Shown in pieces: positions 46,870 to 57,048 of a stretch of 64,000 nucleotides of DNA (within the stretch, counting starts at the first letter, position 1; each line of letters begins with the position of its first letter). The notes beneath the pieces were generated by a model. That model was not told the origin of the DNA, did no database searches, and saw only the letters and a list, made by a program, of their open reading frames with translations. The stretch covers positions 32,001-96,000 of the IMG/VR virus record IMGVR_UViG_3300002098_001673; one strand, written 5' to 3'. Source of the DNA: a virus. The position numbers and the translations under genes are program-made.

Positions 46870-48081
46870 ATGTCAAAAATTAAAGTTTTAGTAGTACCTT
46901 CAGATAGAACAGGTGTTGGTAAATTTAGGTCAGTTGACCCTCATATTTTCTTACAAAACCTATATCCTAATGAATTTCATGTAGACATCATTTACGATGT
47001 ACCATTAGACGACCTTTCTTTTTGGAAAGAATATCAAATTGTTGCTTTTCATAGAAGTCTTCATCCTGACTTTGAAAAGTCTAATATTTTAATTCAAAAA
47101 TTAAATAAATTAGGAATTGCAACTGTTGGTGATATTGATGATTATTGGATGCCAGGTAAAGAACATCCTATTCATGATATAATTGTTGAAAACAAAATTC
47201 ATGAGAAAATTGTCGCTAATTTAAAAGTTGCAAAATATGTTACTACAACAACAACTTTATTTGCGGATGAAATTAAGAAGTTAAATAAAAATGTTTTTAT
47301 TTTTCCAAACGCAATTAACCCCAAAGAATCACAATTCTGTGAACCAACTTTAGAATCTGATAGATTAAGAATCGGATGGTTAGGAGGTTCTTCGCATTTA
47401 CATGATTTAGAATTATTGAATCAATCCTTTAGTAAATTATCTCACTTAAAAAATGATTTACAATATGTATTGTGCGGATTTGATACAAGAGGAAGTGTTA
47501 CTGAAATAAATAAAGAAACGGGTGAACATAAAAAAAGAAATATTCTTCCTGAAGAAACTGTATGGTCGACATATGAAAAAATATTCACACAAAATTATTC
47601 TATTGTATCTCCTGAATATCAAAAATATCTCTTAAATTATAAAGAAGAAGTTTTTGATAATGAAATAAATGAATCATATATTAGAGTTTGGACAAGGCCT
47701 GTTAATTCATATGCTAAAAATTATTCTAAATTTGATGTATCTTTATCCCCTATTAAAAATCATATGTTTAATAGGATGAAATCACAATTAAAGGTTATTG
47801 AAGCAGGATTTTATAAAAAGGCATTAATCGCATCTAACTTAGGACCATATACAATAGATTTGAAACATTGCTTACAAAATGGTAATTTTGTTGACGGAAA
47901 CGCTTTATTGGTTGATGAAAATAGAAATCATTCTGATTGGGCTAAGAACATAGAAAAATTACTTAAGAATAGAAATATGGTTAAAGATATGGGTGAAAGA
48001 TTATATGAAACAGTAAAAGACACATATGACCTTAATGTTGTAACAAAAAATAGAGCAGAATTTTATAAATCAATTATATGA
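46870..48081 (+). CDS. GT-B (GT4-like) glycosyltransferase
   Basis: DIDDYW; RIGWLGGSSH; FNRMKSQLKVIEAG...IASN. Confidence 0.8.
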   Translation: MSKIKVLVVPSDRTGVGKFRSVDPHIFLQNLYPNEFHVDIIYDVPLDDLSFWKEYQIVAFHRSLHPDFEKSNILIQKLNKLGIATVGDIDDYWMPGKEHPIHDIIVENKIHEKIVANLKVAKYVTTTTTLFADEIKKLNKNVFIFPNAINPKESQFCEPTLESDRLRIGWLGGSSHLHDLELLNQSFSKLSHLKNDLQYVLCGFDTRGSVTEINKETGEHKKRNILPEETVWSTYEKIFTQNYSIVSPEYQKYLLNYKEEVFDNEINESYIRVWTRPVNSYAKNYSKFDVSLSPIKNHMFNRMKSQLKVIEAGFYKKALIASNLGPYTIDLKHCLQNGNFVDGNALLVDENRNHSDWAKNIEKLLKNRNMVKDMGERLYETVKDTYDLNVVTKNRAEFYKSII

Positions 48082-48779
48082 TAAATGTACCAATTACAAA
48101 ATTATTATTTTTAGACATTGAAACTGTTGGTGTTGAACCCGATTGGGATTCATTGGTCAAAAATAAAAAAGAATTATCTTTTCAGTTTGAAAACTATTTT
48201 GATTGGTTTCAAAAAAGATTTCCTGAAGATGCAAATAAACCTGTGGGTGAAATGTTTGTTAACAGAGCGGCATTAGTTCCAGAATTTGCAAGAATTGCAT
48301 GTGTTAGTGTTTCTTTTGTAACCGAAAAAGATGAAATAAAAACACAATCTTTTAGTGATTTTGATGAAAAAAAATTACTTACAGATGTTCAAAAATTATT
48401 ATATAGAATAGGTGAGCTTGGATTTTTCTTATGTGGACATAATGTTAAAGGATTTGATATTCCAATGTTAGCTAAAAGAATGATAATGAATGGATTAATG
48501 CCTCCAAAAATTTTGCCAGGCCATGATACTAAACCATGGGAAATTAAAGCTCTTGATACTAAAGACCTTTGGCAATACGGTGGATATGGTTCAATTGCTT
48601 CTCTAGAACTTATGTGTGTATGTTTAGGTGTTGAGTCATCTAAAAATATGGAAGTTACAGGTAATAAAGTCCATGAAGCTTTTTGGGTAAAAAAAGATAT
48701 TGATGGGATTGTTAAATATTGCGAAAAAGATGTTGCTGTTTTAATCGATGTTATAAAAAAACTTATAAAACTTAAATAA
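48078..48779 (+). CDS. Stand-alone PolB-type 3'-5' exonuclease
   Basis: FLDIETV, GHNVKGFDIP, YCEKDV (DEDDy). Confidence 0.85.
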   Translation: MINVPITKLLFLDIETVGVEPDWDSLVKNKKELSFQFENYFDWFQKRFPEDANKPVGEMFVNRAALVPEFARIACVSVSFVTEKDEIKTQSFSDFDEKKLLTDVQKLLYRIGELGFFLCGHNVKGFDIPMLAKRMIMNGLMPPKILPGHDTKPWEIKALDTKDLWQYGGYGSIASLELMCVCLGVESSKNMEVTGNKVHEAFWVKKDIDGIVKYCEKDVAVLIDVIKKLIKLK

Positions 48780-49393
48780 TGGAAAAAAATTTAGATTCTA
48801 AATTATTAGAAGAAATTCAAAAACAATTTGAAAAAATTAAGTCTGATGCGGAAATTGAACCTGATGAGTTAACTCAAAATAGTATAGATGAGTTATTCAA
48901 TCTTTCATTTGATGAAATGACCGATGAAATGAATAATATTTTAAAACTTAAAAAAATAAAAGTTAAACGATTACATCCGGATGCTGTTTTACCTAAATAC
49001 AATTATGGTAGTGACTCCGGATTTGATTTATACTCTATTGAGGGAATAACAATACCTCCGTTTGGAAGAGCATTAGTTCCTACAGGAATATCTGTACAGT
49101 TTGATGAGAATCTTGAAATTCAAGTCAGACCAAAAAGTGGGTTAGCTTTAAATATGGGATTAACCGTATTAAATACTCCTGGTACTGTCGACCAAGGATA
49201 TACAGGAGAGATTAAAGTAATTGTATTCAATACAAATAACAATTCAGTTATGATTGAAAAAGGTATGAAAATTGCTCAGGGTGTTTTGTGTCCAGTAATG
49301 AATGGAAAATATGTTGAAATTGAGGATGTTGATAACATAGAAGATTCGGATAGGGGAGATAATGGATTTGGTAGTACTGGTATAAAACTTTAA
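48779..49393 (+). CDS. dut: Trimeric dUTPase with an acidic N-terminal extension
   Basis: SGFDL, RPKSGLA, GTVDQGYTGEI, KIAQ, RGDNGFGSTG. Confidence 0.93.
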   Translation: MEKNLDSKLLEEIQKQFEKIKSDAEIEPDELTQNSIDELFNLSFDEMTDEMNNILKLKKIKVKRLHPDAVLPKYNYGSDSGFDLYSIEGITIPPFGRALVPTGISVQFDENLEIQVRPKSGLALNMGLTVLNTPGTVDQGYTGEIKVIVFNTNNNSVMIEKGMKIAQGVLCPVMNGKYVEIEDVDNIEDSDRGDNGFGSTGIKL

Positions 49394-49403
49394 ATAAATC
49401 TGT

Positions 49404-49574
49404 ATGGGTAAATATTATGAAAATTTAGGAGATTTAAACAAATTGGTTAAAAAATTAGATAAAAAAAATAATTTATCTGAATTTATTTTATCTTGTTTAA
49501 TTTTTGCAAAAGAACATCCTGAAATGAGTATTCACGAAATTATAAAAAAATCTAAAGAAAAATGGGACAAATGA
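49404..49574 (+). CDS. Hypothetical protein (56 aa, absent from ORF track)
   Basis: Hand translation MGKYYENLGDLNKLV...KEKWDK; fills the gap and has an ATGA overlap with the next gene. Confidence 0.55.
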   Translation: MGKYYENLGDLNKLVKKLDKKNNLSEFILSCLIFAKEHPEMSIHEIIKKSKEKWDK

Positions 49575-51211
49575 TAACTGTAGGTTATTCAACAAGAAAA
49601 TCAAATCCTGAATTTACAGAATATTTGAAAAAAAGTTCTGGATTTAAAAAAATTAATGTTATTGAAAAAATAAATAATGGTGAGAAATCATTGTCTCAAG
49701 TTTATAATGAAATATTATCTGAATCTACAACTGACATAATTGTTTTTTGTCATGACGACATTTATTTTGATACTCCTGGTTGGTATTATAAATTACTAAA
49801 ACATTTTCAAAAAACTGATTATGGTATTTTAGGAGTTGCAGGAACAACAGATATGTCAGAAACTGGTAGATGGTGGGAGACAAATAAAAGAAAAAACATG
49901 ATTGGAATTGTTAATCATGAAAGTGGTGGTAAAAAATGGACATCAAAATATTCTGAAGATTTTAATAACGGTATTAAACAATCTGTAATTGTTGATGGAC
50001 TTTTTATTGCAGTTAATAAACAAAGAATTAAAAGTAATTTTATTGAATCTTTTAAAGGGTTTCACTTTTATGACATTTCTTTTTGTTTTGAAAATCATAT
50101 ACAAGGGGTTAAAGTTGGGGTTATCACAAATGTTAGAATTACACATAAATCTATCGGAGAAACTAATGAACAATGGGAAGAAAATAGAATTCAATTTGCC
50201 GAAAAATATAAAAATAACTTCCCTGCAAAAGTACCTTTTGACCCAAATAAAAGGATAAAAGTTTTATTATCTTGTTTATTTTTCGGAGGATTTACTGGTT
50301 CTGAATTATATGTATTTGAACTCGCTAAAAGTTTAATGAAACTTAATTGCAGTGTTACTGTATTGTCTCAAATAGGAGGTCCATTAACAGATATGGCAAA
50401 AAAAATAGGAATTAAATGTTTATCCTATGAGAACGCTCCAGGGTTTAAATTAGGTGATGGGGTTTGGTCATTTAATGGACCAAACGGAAAAGAAGTTTCA
50501 AAATTAAATACATTATATAAAATATCAGATGTTGATTTTGATATAATACATGTCCAACATAAACCAGTCGCTGAAAGAATTCTTGGTATGTATCCTGACA
50601 TAAATATGATTTGTACAATACACTCTGAAGTAATGTCTAAAAATCTTGAGGACCCAATTATCAATAATTCAATAAAAAAATACATCGCAATTAGACCTGA
50701 AATTAAAGAACATCTTATCAATAATTTTGATATTCCTGAGAATATGATTGAAATCATTTACAATCCTATTGATAATGAAAAATTTAAACATAAAGATATT
50801 AAAGAAGAAAATTGTTTAGTTTTTGTTGGAACAATTGATTATTTGAGAGAAAAGGCGATTAAAGATTTGATTGAAAAAACAAAAAATGATGGATTGGAAT
50901 TATGGCTAATTGGTGAGAATAAATCAAATTATTTGGAAGATATTTTACAAAATTCGCATGTGAAACATTTTCCTCCAACATGGAATGTAGAGCAGTATGT
51001 TACCAAATGTAAAGAAACTGCAGGAATACAATTAGGAAGAACCACAATTGAGGGATGGATGTGTAATAAACCTGGATGGATATATAAAGTAGATTCTAAT
51101 GGTGATATTTTAGAAATAACTAAAAATGAGCCACCCTCCGACATTGAAAAGTATTATTCATTAAATGTTGCCAATCAAATAAAAGAAGAATATATTAAAA
51201 TATTATCATGA
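49571..51211 (+). CDS. Bifunctional GT-A (GT2-like) + GT-B (GT4-like) glycosyltransferase
   Basis: FCHDDI, VDGLF, FHFYD; then TGSELYVFELA, TIHSE, IYNPID. Confidence 0.78.
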   Translation: MITVGYSTRKSNPEFTEYLKKSSGFKKINVIEKINNGEKSLSQVYNEILSESTTDIIVFCHDDIYFDTPGWYYKLLKHFQKTDYGILGVAGTTDMSETGRWWETNKRKNMIGIVNHESGGKKWTSKYSEDFNNGIKQSVIVDGLFIAVNKQRIKSNFIESFKGFHFYDISFCFENHIQGVKVGVITNVRITHKSIGETNEQWEENRIQFAEKYKNNFPAKVPFDPNKRIKVLLSCLFFGGFTGSELYVFELAKSLMKLNCSVTVLSQIGGPLTDMAKKIGIKCLSYENAPGFKLGDGVWSFNGPNGKEVSKLNTLYKISDVDFDIIHVQHKPVAERILGMYPDINMICTIHSEVMSKNLEDPIINNSIKKYIAIRPEIKEHLINNFDIPENMIEIIYNPIDNEKFKHKDIKEENCLVFVGTIDYLREKAIKDLIEKTKNDGLELWLIGENKSNYLEDILQNSHVKHFPPTWNVEQYVTKCKETAGIQLGRTTIEGWMCNKPGWIYKVDSNGDILEITKNEPPSDIEKYYSLNVANQIKEEYIKILS

Positions 51212-52368
51212 AAATTGGTGTTATTGGTGCCGAAAAAGAAGGACTTGCGTTTTCACTCATATGTAAAAAAAACGGATACAATGTGATGATTTCAGATGAA
51301 GATGAAAATTTAATTTTGAATCTAAATCAAGGAATTTATTTACCAAATGATAATAGTATTAAAAAACTTTTATTTGAAATCGGTACTTCACCAACAACAA
51401 CATCAGTTATAGATATAATAAAACATAGTGATATTATTTTTGTATTTGTTCAAACCCCTTTAAATATTGATGGATATTATGATACGAAAAATATTTTTGA
51501 TGTATTAAAATATTTTTACGATTGTTCTTCTTTAGATATTCCATTGTATGATAAAAAGTTTGTTATTTGTTCTTCAACAAATATTGGTGAAGTAGAAGAA
51601 ATACAAAAAAGATTATCTATGTTCAGTATTCAAGTGGCATATAATCCGTTCTTTGTATATGAAGATAATACTGTGAATCAAATTGAGGAATCGGACATCG
51701 TTTTAATTGGAACTGAATTTGAAACATTATCAAATGATTTAATCAATTTATATCGTAAAATTCAAACAAAATCAGTTAACGCATTTGTAATGTCTACAAA
51801 AGCGTCTGAGATGACCAAATTATCAATAAACTCTATGGTTGCTTATAAACTATCGTATTCTAATATGATAGGTGATATTGCAACTAAAATGGGGTTTAAA
51901 GACGAAATAAATTTAATATTCAAAGCTATAGGTAATGATAAAAGAATCGGTGAAAAATCTTTAAATTATAATTTTGGATTTGATGGACCACATTTACATG
52001 GGGATAATAAATCATTAAATTATTTTATAAAAAAAATAGAAATAGATAACGGCTTAATTCAAGGTGTTGAAAATTTTAATGAGTCACATTTAATTTTTTT
52101 AAAAAATTATTATCTAAATTTAAATCCAGATAAAACTATACCATTTATTATTGATGGGATAGGTTTTAAAAAAACAAATAATACAATTGAGAATTCTAAA
52201 AAATATCAACTTTGTATTTCTTTATTAGAAGAGGGATATACTTTATATGTTATTAACAACGAAAAAATAACAAAAGATTTAAATGATTTGAGTGAATCTT
52301 ATAACAATAGAATTAAGTTTTTTAAAATAAACTCAAATTTAAAAGGATGTAAAATTAAAATAAATTAA
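51208..52368 (+). CDS. UDP-glucose/GDP-mannose dehydrogenase homologue with degenerate catalytic motifs
   Basis: FVFVQTP, SEMTKLSIN and IGNDKRIG retained; GxGxxG reads GAEKEG, NPEF reads NPFF, GGxC reads DGPH. Confidence 0.75.
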   Translation: MKIGVIGAEKEGLAFSLICKKNGYNVMISDEDENLILNLNQGIYLPNDNSIKKLLFEIGTSPTTTSVIDIIKHSDIIFVFVQTPLNIDGYYDTKNIFDVLKYFYDCSSLDIPLYDKKFVICSSTNIGEVEEIQKRLSMFSIQVAYNPFFVYEDNTVNQIEESDIVLIGTEFETLSNDLINLYRKIQTKSVNAFVMSTKASEMTKLSINSMVAYKLSYSNMIGDIATKMGFKDEINLIFKAIGNDKRIGEKSLNYNFGFDGPHLHGDNKSLNYFIKKIEIDNGLIQGVENFNESHLIFLKNYYLNLNPDKTIPFIIDGIGFKKTNNTIENSKKYQLCISLLEEGYTLYVINNEKITKDLNDLSESYNNRIKFFKINSNLKGCKIKIN

Positions 52369-52373
52369 ATAAT

Positions 52374-53090
52374 ATGAAATTAAGAGTATTAATCATAAAT
52401 TTAAATAATAAAAATTATACAACTAATTGTATTAACTCATTATTTAATCAAAAATTTAATGAATTCAAAATAACATTATTTGACCAAAATTCTAATGAAG
52501 AAGGGACTAATGAAATGTTGGATTATTTTGAAAGTAAAAATGTTGATGTTATTAGAAATAAAACAAACGACCCTGTAAATTCTGTTTGGAATTGGTTTTA
52601 TAAAAATCATACGGAGGACATTTTATGTTTTTTAAATAATGATGTTTTAATTCATAATAATTTTATATCAGATGTTATTCATGTTTTTGAAAACGAATTA
52701 AATGTCGGTATTGTTGTACATTCTACAAATCATGATGACTTTACAACAAAAAAGGATATTGTTGAGTATAAAATTGTTGAACCAAAAAAATACATGCAAG
52801 GATGGGATTTTAGTATTAGAAGAGAATTATTTACTTTAATACCTGAGATATTAAAAACTTATTGTGGCGATGATTTTATTTTTTATAATTTATATAATAA
52901 AGGTTTTGATTTAGCATATATCACCAGTTCGCCTATGATTCATTTCGAGGGTCAGAGTAAACCTTTTATGATTCACGGTGGATATATTGATACGATAAAT
53001 TATTTAAAATTAGGATTACCTCATAATTTAATGATTAATCCAAACTATTCAAAAATAAAACCCAATAAAATTTTTATCACTAATGGATAA
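52374..53090 (+). CDS. GT2-family glycosyltransferase
   Basis: LFDQNS, FLNNDV, YCGDD. Confidence 0.78.
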   Translation: MKLRVLIINLNNKNYTTNCINSLFNQKFNEFKITLFDQNSNEEGTNEMLDYFESKNVDVIRNKTNDPVNSVWNWFYKNHTEDILCFLNNDVLIHNNFISDVIHVFENELNVGIVVHSTNHDDFTTKKDIVEYKIVEPKKYMQGWDFSIRRELFTLIPEILKTYCGDDFIFYNLYNKGFDLAYITSSPMIHFEGQSKPFMIHGGYIDTINYLKLGLPHNLMINPNYSKIKPNKIFITNG

Positions 53091-53676
53091 CGATATTATA
53101 GATATTGTTGCGGTAACATACGGACAGAATGAAATATTAAAATGTTTTATCAATTCAATAAAAGCGCAAACCAATAATAACTGGAGACTTTTTTTGATTC
53201 ATGATGGTAAAAATAATGAATTACATAATGATTTGAGAGAAAATGGTTACCTAAATGAAAATGTTATTTTTATAGAATATCCTGAAAGAACTATGAATTA
53301 TGGTCATTCTTTAAGAAAATGGGCTTTGGAAAATTTAGTGACCAATGAATATGTTCTTTTAACTAATGGGGATAATTACTATACACCAAATATGGTTAGT
53401 GAAGTATTAAATAAAAAAGAGGATTTAATATATTTTGATTGCGTTCACTCACACAATAACATAATGAATCATAATAAATCTTCATATGGTTACATGAATA
53501 GTATTTTATCTATTTCTAATATCGATATGGGATGTGTTGTTGTTAGAACTAGTATTGCTAAATCTGTAGGATTTAATTCGATTGGATTTGCAGCAGATTG
53601 GAATTATTTTAGTGATGTAATTAAAAAAAATCCCTCAATAATAAAAATAAACAAAATCTTGTTTGTTCATAACTAA
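53083..53676 (+). CDS. GT2-family glycosyltransferase
   Basis: IHDG, TNGDNYY, IDMGC, AADW. Confidence 0.78.
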   Translation: MDNDIIDIVAVTYGQNEILKCFINSIKAQTNNNWRLFLIHDGKNNELHNDLRENGYLNENVIFIEYPERTMNYGHSLRKWALENLVTNEYVLLTNGDNYYTPNMVSEVLNKKEDLIYFDCVHSHNNIMNHNKSSYGYMNSILSISNIDMGCVVVRTSIAKSVGFNSIGFAADWNYFSDVIKKNPSIIKINKILFVHN

Positions 53677-53690
53677 AAAAAATAAAACTG

Positions 53691-54179
53691 ATGGATTTAA
53701 TAAATTTTAAAAATAAAGACTATCCATATTTTCAGTCTATAGGATACGCCTCTCAATTTGCAATACCATACGCAAAATTTTTTTGTAAAGGAATTGGTTA
53801 TGATATTGGATGTAAGAGAATTGAATGGTCTTTTCCTGGTTCAATACCAATTGACCCTGTAATTAATGAAAAATATGACGCAACCAACTTACCAAACAAT
53901 AATGTTGATTACATTTTCTCAAGTCATTGTTTAGAACATTTAACTGATTGGGTTTCCGTTTTAGATTATTGGTACGATTCTATAAAAGAAGAAGGAGTAA
54001 TTTTTCTTTATCTTCCCAGTTATTCGCAAGAATATTGGAGACCTTGGAATAATAAAAAACATGTTAACATTTTTACACCTCAAATAATTTCAGATTATTT
54101 CAATCATAAGAATATGAAAAATATTTTTTATAGTGGGATTGATTTGAATAACTCCTTTATGATTGTTGCGGAAAAATGA
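53691..54179 (+). CDS. Class I SAM methyltransferase (type 11-like)
   Basis: GYDIGC; DYIFSSHCLEH; GVIFLYLP. Confidence 0.8.
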   Translation: MDLINFKNKDYPYFQSIGYASQFAIPYAKFFCKGIGYDIGCKRIEWSFPGSIPIDPVINEKYDATNLPNNNVDYIFSSHCLEHLTDWVSVLDYWYDSIKEEGVIFLYLPSYSQEYWRPWNNKKHVNIFTPQIISDYFNHKNMKNIFYSGIDLNNSFMIVAEK

Positions 54180-54880
54180 AATACATATTTAATCAATATC
54201 AAGGATTGGGGGATATTTTATTTTGTGAACCTATTGCCAAATATTTTTATGAAGATGGGAATAATGAAATTTTATGGCCAGTAAATGATGAGTTTATGTG
54301 GTTAACTGACTACATAAAATATATTAATTTTGTTCCTAAATCAAGTTGTAATATTAATTACGAATCATTACATTTGGGGTTACTTGATTCAAATACATAT
54401 TTTGTACCATTACGATTTGCAAATCCAATTGTTAGGAAATTAAGACCTCACGATTATTCTGACCAATATCACACAATGTTAGATAAATATAGGATGTTAA
54501 ATCTTCCTGAAGATATGTGGAGAACATTTAAATGGGAAAGAAATTTAACTAAAGAAAATGAACTTTATGATTTACTAATAAAAGATGAAAACTATATATT
54601 AGTTAACGGTAAATGGAGTGATGGTAATGTTGAAATTAAAACTGAATCTAATTTTAAAAGAATTGAAATGAGTATTTTAAACGGATTCTCATTATTTGAT
54701 TGGTCTAAAATTATTGAAAATGCTTTGGAAATTCATACTGTATCCACATCAAATTTATTTTTATTAGAAACTTTAAAATTAAAAACTGATAAAATTAATA
54801 TCTACCTAAGAAAACCAAGAGAAAATAATTTTGACGGTATATCTGAATTTGTTAATAAAAATTTTAAATTGATTTTATAA
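54176..54880 (+). CDS. Putative GT-B glycosyltransferase-like protein
   Basis: QGLGDIL N-terminus; DWSKIIENALEIHTVSTS; cluster context. Confidence 0.5.
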   Translation: MKYIFNQYQGLGDILFCEPIAKYFYEDGNNEILWPVNDEFMWLTDYIKYINFVPKSSCNINYESLHLGLLDSNTYFVPLRFANPIVRKLRPHDYSDQYHTMLDKYRMLNLPEDMWRTFKWERNLTKENELYDLLIKDENYILVNGKWSDGNVEIKTESNFKRIEMSILNGFSLFDWSKIIENALEIHTVSTSNLFLLETLKLKTDKINIYLRKPRENNFDGISEFVNKNFKLIL

Positions 54881-54881
54881 A

Positions 54882-55625
54882 ATGAAAATTAACTCTTATG
54901 GAATAAATTTTATTTTTAATAATCAAAAAAATAAAAAAATACCTAATTTTGATTGGTTTATCGATGTGTTAAAAAAACAAATATGGGAACCTGAAACTTT
55001 TAAAATTTTTAATAAATTTAAAGATAAAGATAAAATTGCCATTGATATTGGAGGATGGATTGGTCCTACAACAATTTTTTTATCTAAAATCTTTAAAGAA
55101 GTAATAACAATTGAAGCAGATATTATCGCTTTTGAGTCATTATCCGAAAATATTAAAGATAATTTTTGTGAAAATGTTACTTTGCATAATAAAGCGTTCC
55201 ATAACAGTAAAACTAATAATATTTTTTTTGGTGTTAATAATTTTGAATTTGACTCTATTTTAGGTTCATCAACAAGTCAGACTAAAACTGAAAAAAAAAT
55301 AGATAATGATTATTTAATCGATACAATTAATATTATTAATTTAATAGAAAATATTGACCCATATAACATAGGTTTAATAAAAGTTGATATTGAGGGTGGT
55401 GATGAAGATGTTTTTGAAGAATTAATTTTATTTGGTTCTAAATATGGGTGGAAAATATGGATTTCATTTCATTATGAATGGTGGAAAGATAAAAATATTA
55501 AAAAATTTGAACACTTAATACCTTTGATAAAAAAAGTTAGTATAAATAGTGATGAAATATTAAAAAATGATTTGTTATCATTAATAAAAAAAAATGTACC
55601 AGAATCATTTCTAATTGAACTATAA
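54882..55625 (+). CDS. FkbM-family methyltransferase
   Basis: IDIGGWIG; IEAD; IKVDIEGGD. Confidence 0.82.
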   Translation: MKINSYGINFIFNNQKNKKIPNFDWFIDVLKKQIWEPETFKIFNKFKDKDKIAIDIGGWIGPTTIFLSKIFKEVITIEADIIAFESLSENIKDNFCENVTLHNKAFHNSKTNNIFFGVNNFEFDSILGSSTSQTKTEKKIDNDYLIDTINIINLIENIDPYNIGLIKVDIEGGDEDVFEELILFGSKYGWKIWISFHYEWWKDKNIKKFEHLIPLIKKVSINSDEILKNDLLSLIKKNVPESFLIEL

Positions 55626-55634
55626 ATTTATAAA

Positions 55635-56372
55635 ATGAAAATACACTCATACATCGTTGCATATAATGAAGAAAAATTATTACCATTCACTTTAGATTAT
55701 TATTCTATTTTCTGTGAAAAAATATTTATTTACGATAATTTTTCAACAGACTCTTCTGATGAGATTTATAAAAAATATAATAAAGTTATTGTAAATAAAT
55801 TTGATACTCAAAATACACAAGATGAAATTATTACAAGAAATATTAAATCAAATGAGTATAAAAAATATAGTAGAAATTGCGATGTTGATTGGGTAATTAT
55901 TGCCGATTGTGACGAATTTATATACCATCCTAATTTAATTGAAAAGCTTAAAGAATATAAAAAAAATGGTATCACAGTGGCTCAAACAAGTGGACATGAA
56001 ATGGCTAGTGTAACATTTCCCGAATATGATGGACAATTATTGCCAAACATAATTAAAATAGGTTCTGAAAAAATGAAAATGTTATCTAAAAATACTATTT
56101 TTAATCCAAATATTGATATTAATTTTGGTATAGGAACACATAATTTTACTTCCAATAATACAGTTTTATCCCCTAACGATGATATTAAAATTTTGCATTA
56201 CAAGTGTTTAGGTAAAGAATATGTTACTAACATATATAAAGAACGATTTAAAAGATTAAGCCATTCAAGTAAAATGAACGCATGGAATACTCATTATTCT
56301 AAAATAGATGAATTTATAAAACTGATGGATGATATCTTAGAAAAAAATAAAAATGTTGTAGATAATTTATAA
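55635..56372 (+). CDS. GT2-like glycosyltransferase
   Basis: AYNEE, YDNFSTD, WVIIADCDEF, ILHYK. Confidence 0.8.
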   Translation: MKIHSYIVAYNEEKLLPFTLDYYSIFCEKIFIYDNFSTDSSDEIYKKYNKVIVNKFDTQNTQDEIITRNIKSNEYKKYSRNCDVDWVIIADCDEFIYHPNLIEKLKEYKKNGITVAQTSGHEMASVTFPEYDGQLLPNIIKIGSEKMKMLSKNTIFNPNIDINFGIGTHNFTSNNTVLSPNDDIKILHYKCLGKEYVTNIYKERFKRLSHSSKMNAWNTHYSKIDEFIKLMDDILEKNKNVVDNL

Positions 56373-57037
56373 TGATACCAGTAACATTTACTATTACTTC
56401 CTGTAATAGAATTGATTTATTAAAAAAAACAATAGATAGTTTTACATCAATTAACAATTATATAATTGATGAATTTATATTATCTGATGATTCTGATAAT
56501 ACAGAAATTTCAAATCATATAAAAATTAATTACGGAGATAAATTTAAAATAATTTCAAACTCACCAAGAATAGGACTCTCAAAAAGTTTGGATAATTTAT
56601 TTAAAACTTCAAAAAATGAATTTATTTTTCATTGCGAGGATGATTGGATGTTTGATAGTAATCCTAATTTAATTAATAATTCTTTAGATATATTAAATGA
56701 AAATCCAGATATACATCAAGTAAGTGTTAGGCACGCTTATAATAGTCCTCATAAACCTATTGGAGATAAACTATATACTAGTACATCGGTAGAATATTGG
56801 ATTTTAAGTCAAGAATTCAGAAGTATGCCAACACAAGTATGGAATGGGTATAGTTGGAACCCTGGATTAAGGCGTAAATCAGATTATTTAAAAATGTTTC
56901 CTAACGGTTTATCCGAATTTGGTGATGAATATAATTGCGCCGATTATGTAAGAAAATTTAACTATAAATCCGCAGCATTGGTTAATACTTCTTGTTATCA
57001 TTTAGGAATAGAAAGGACTAAAAATTTTATATTATAA
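56372..57037 (+). CDS. GT2-like glycosyltransferase
   Basis: TSCNRIDLL, SDDS, FHCEDDW, WNPGLRR. Confidence 0.78.
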   Translation: MIPVTFTITSCNRIDLLKKTIDSFTSINNYIIDEFILSDDSDNTEISNHIKINYGDKFKIISNSPRIGLSKSLDNLFKTSKNEFIFHCEDDWMFDSNPNLINNSLDILNENPDIHQVSVRHAYNSPHKPIGDKLYTSTSVEYWILSQEFRSMPTQVWNGYSWNPGLRRKSDYLKMFPNGLSEFGDEYNCADYVRKFNYKSAALVNTSCYHLGIERTKNFIL

Positions 57038-57048
57038 AATATTATAAC

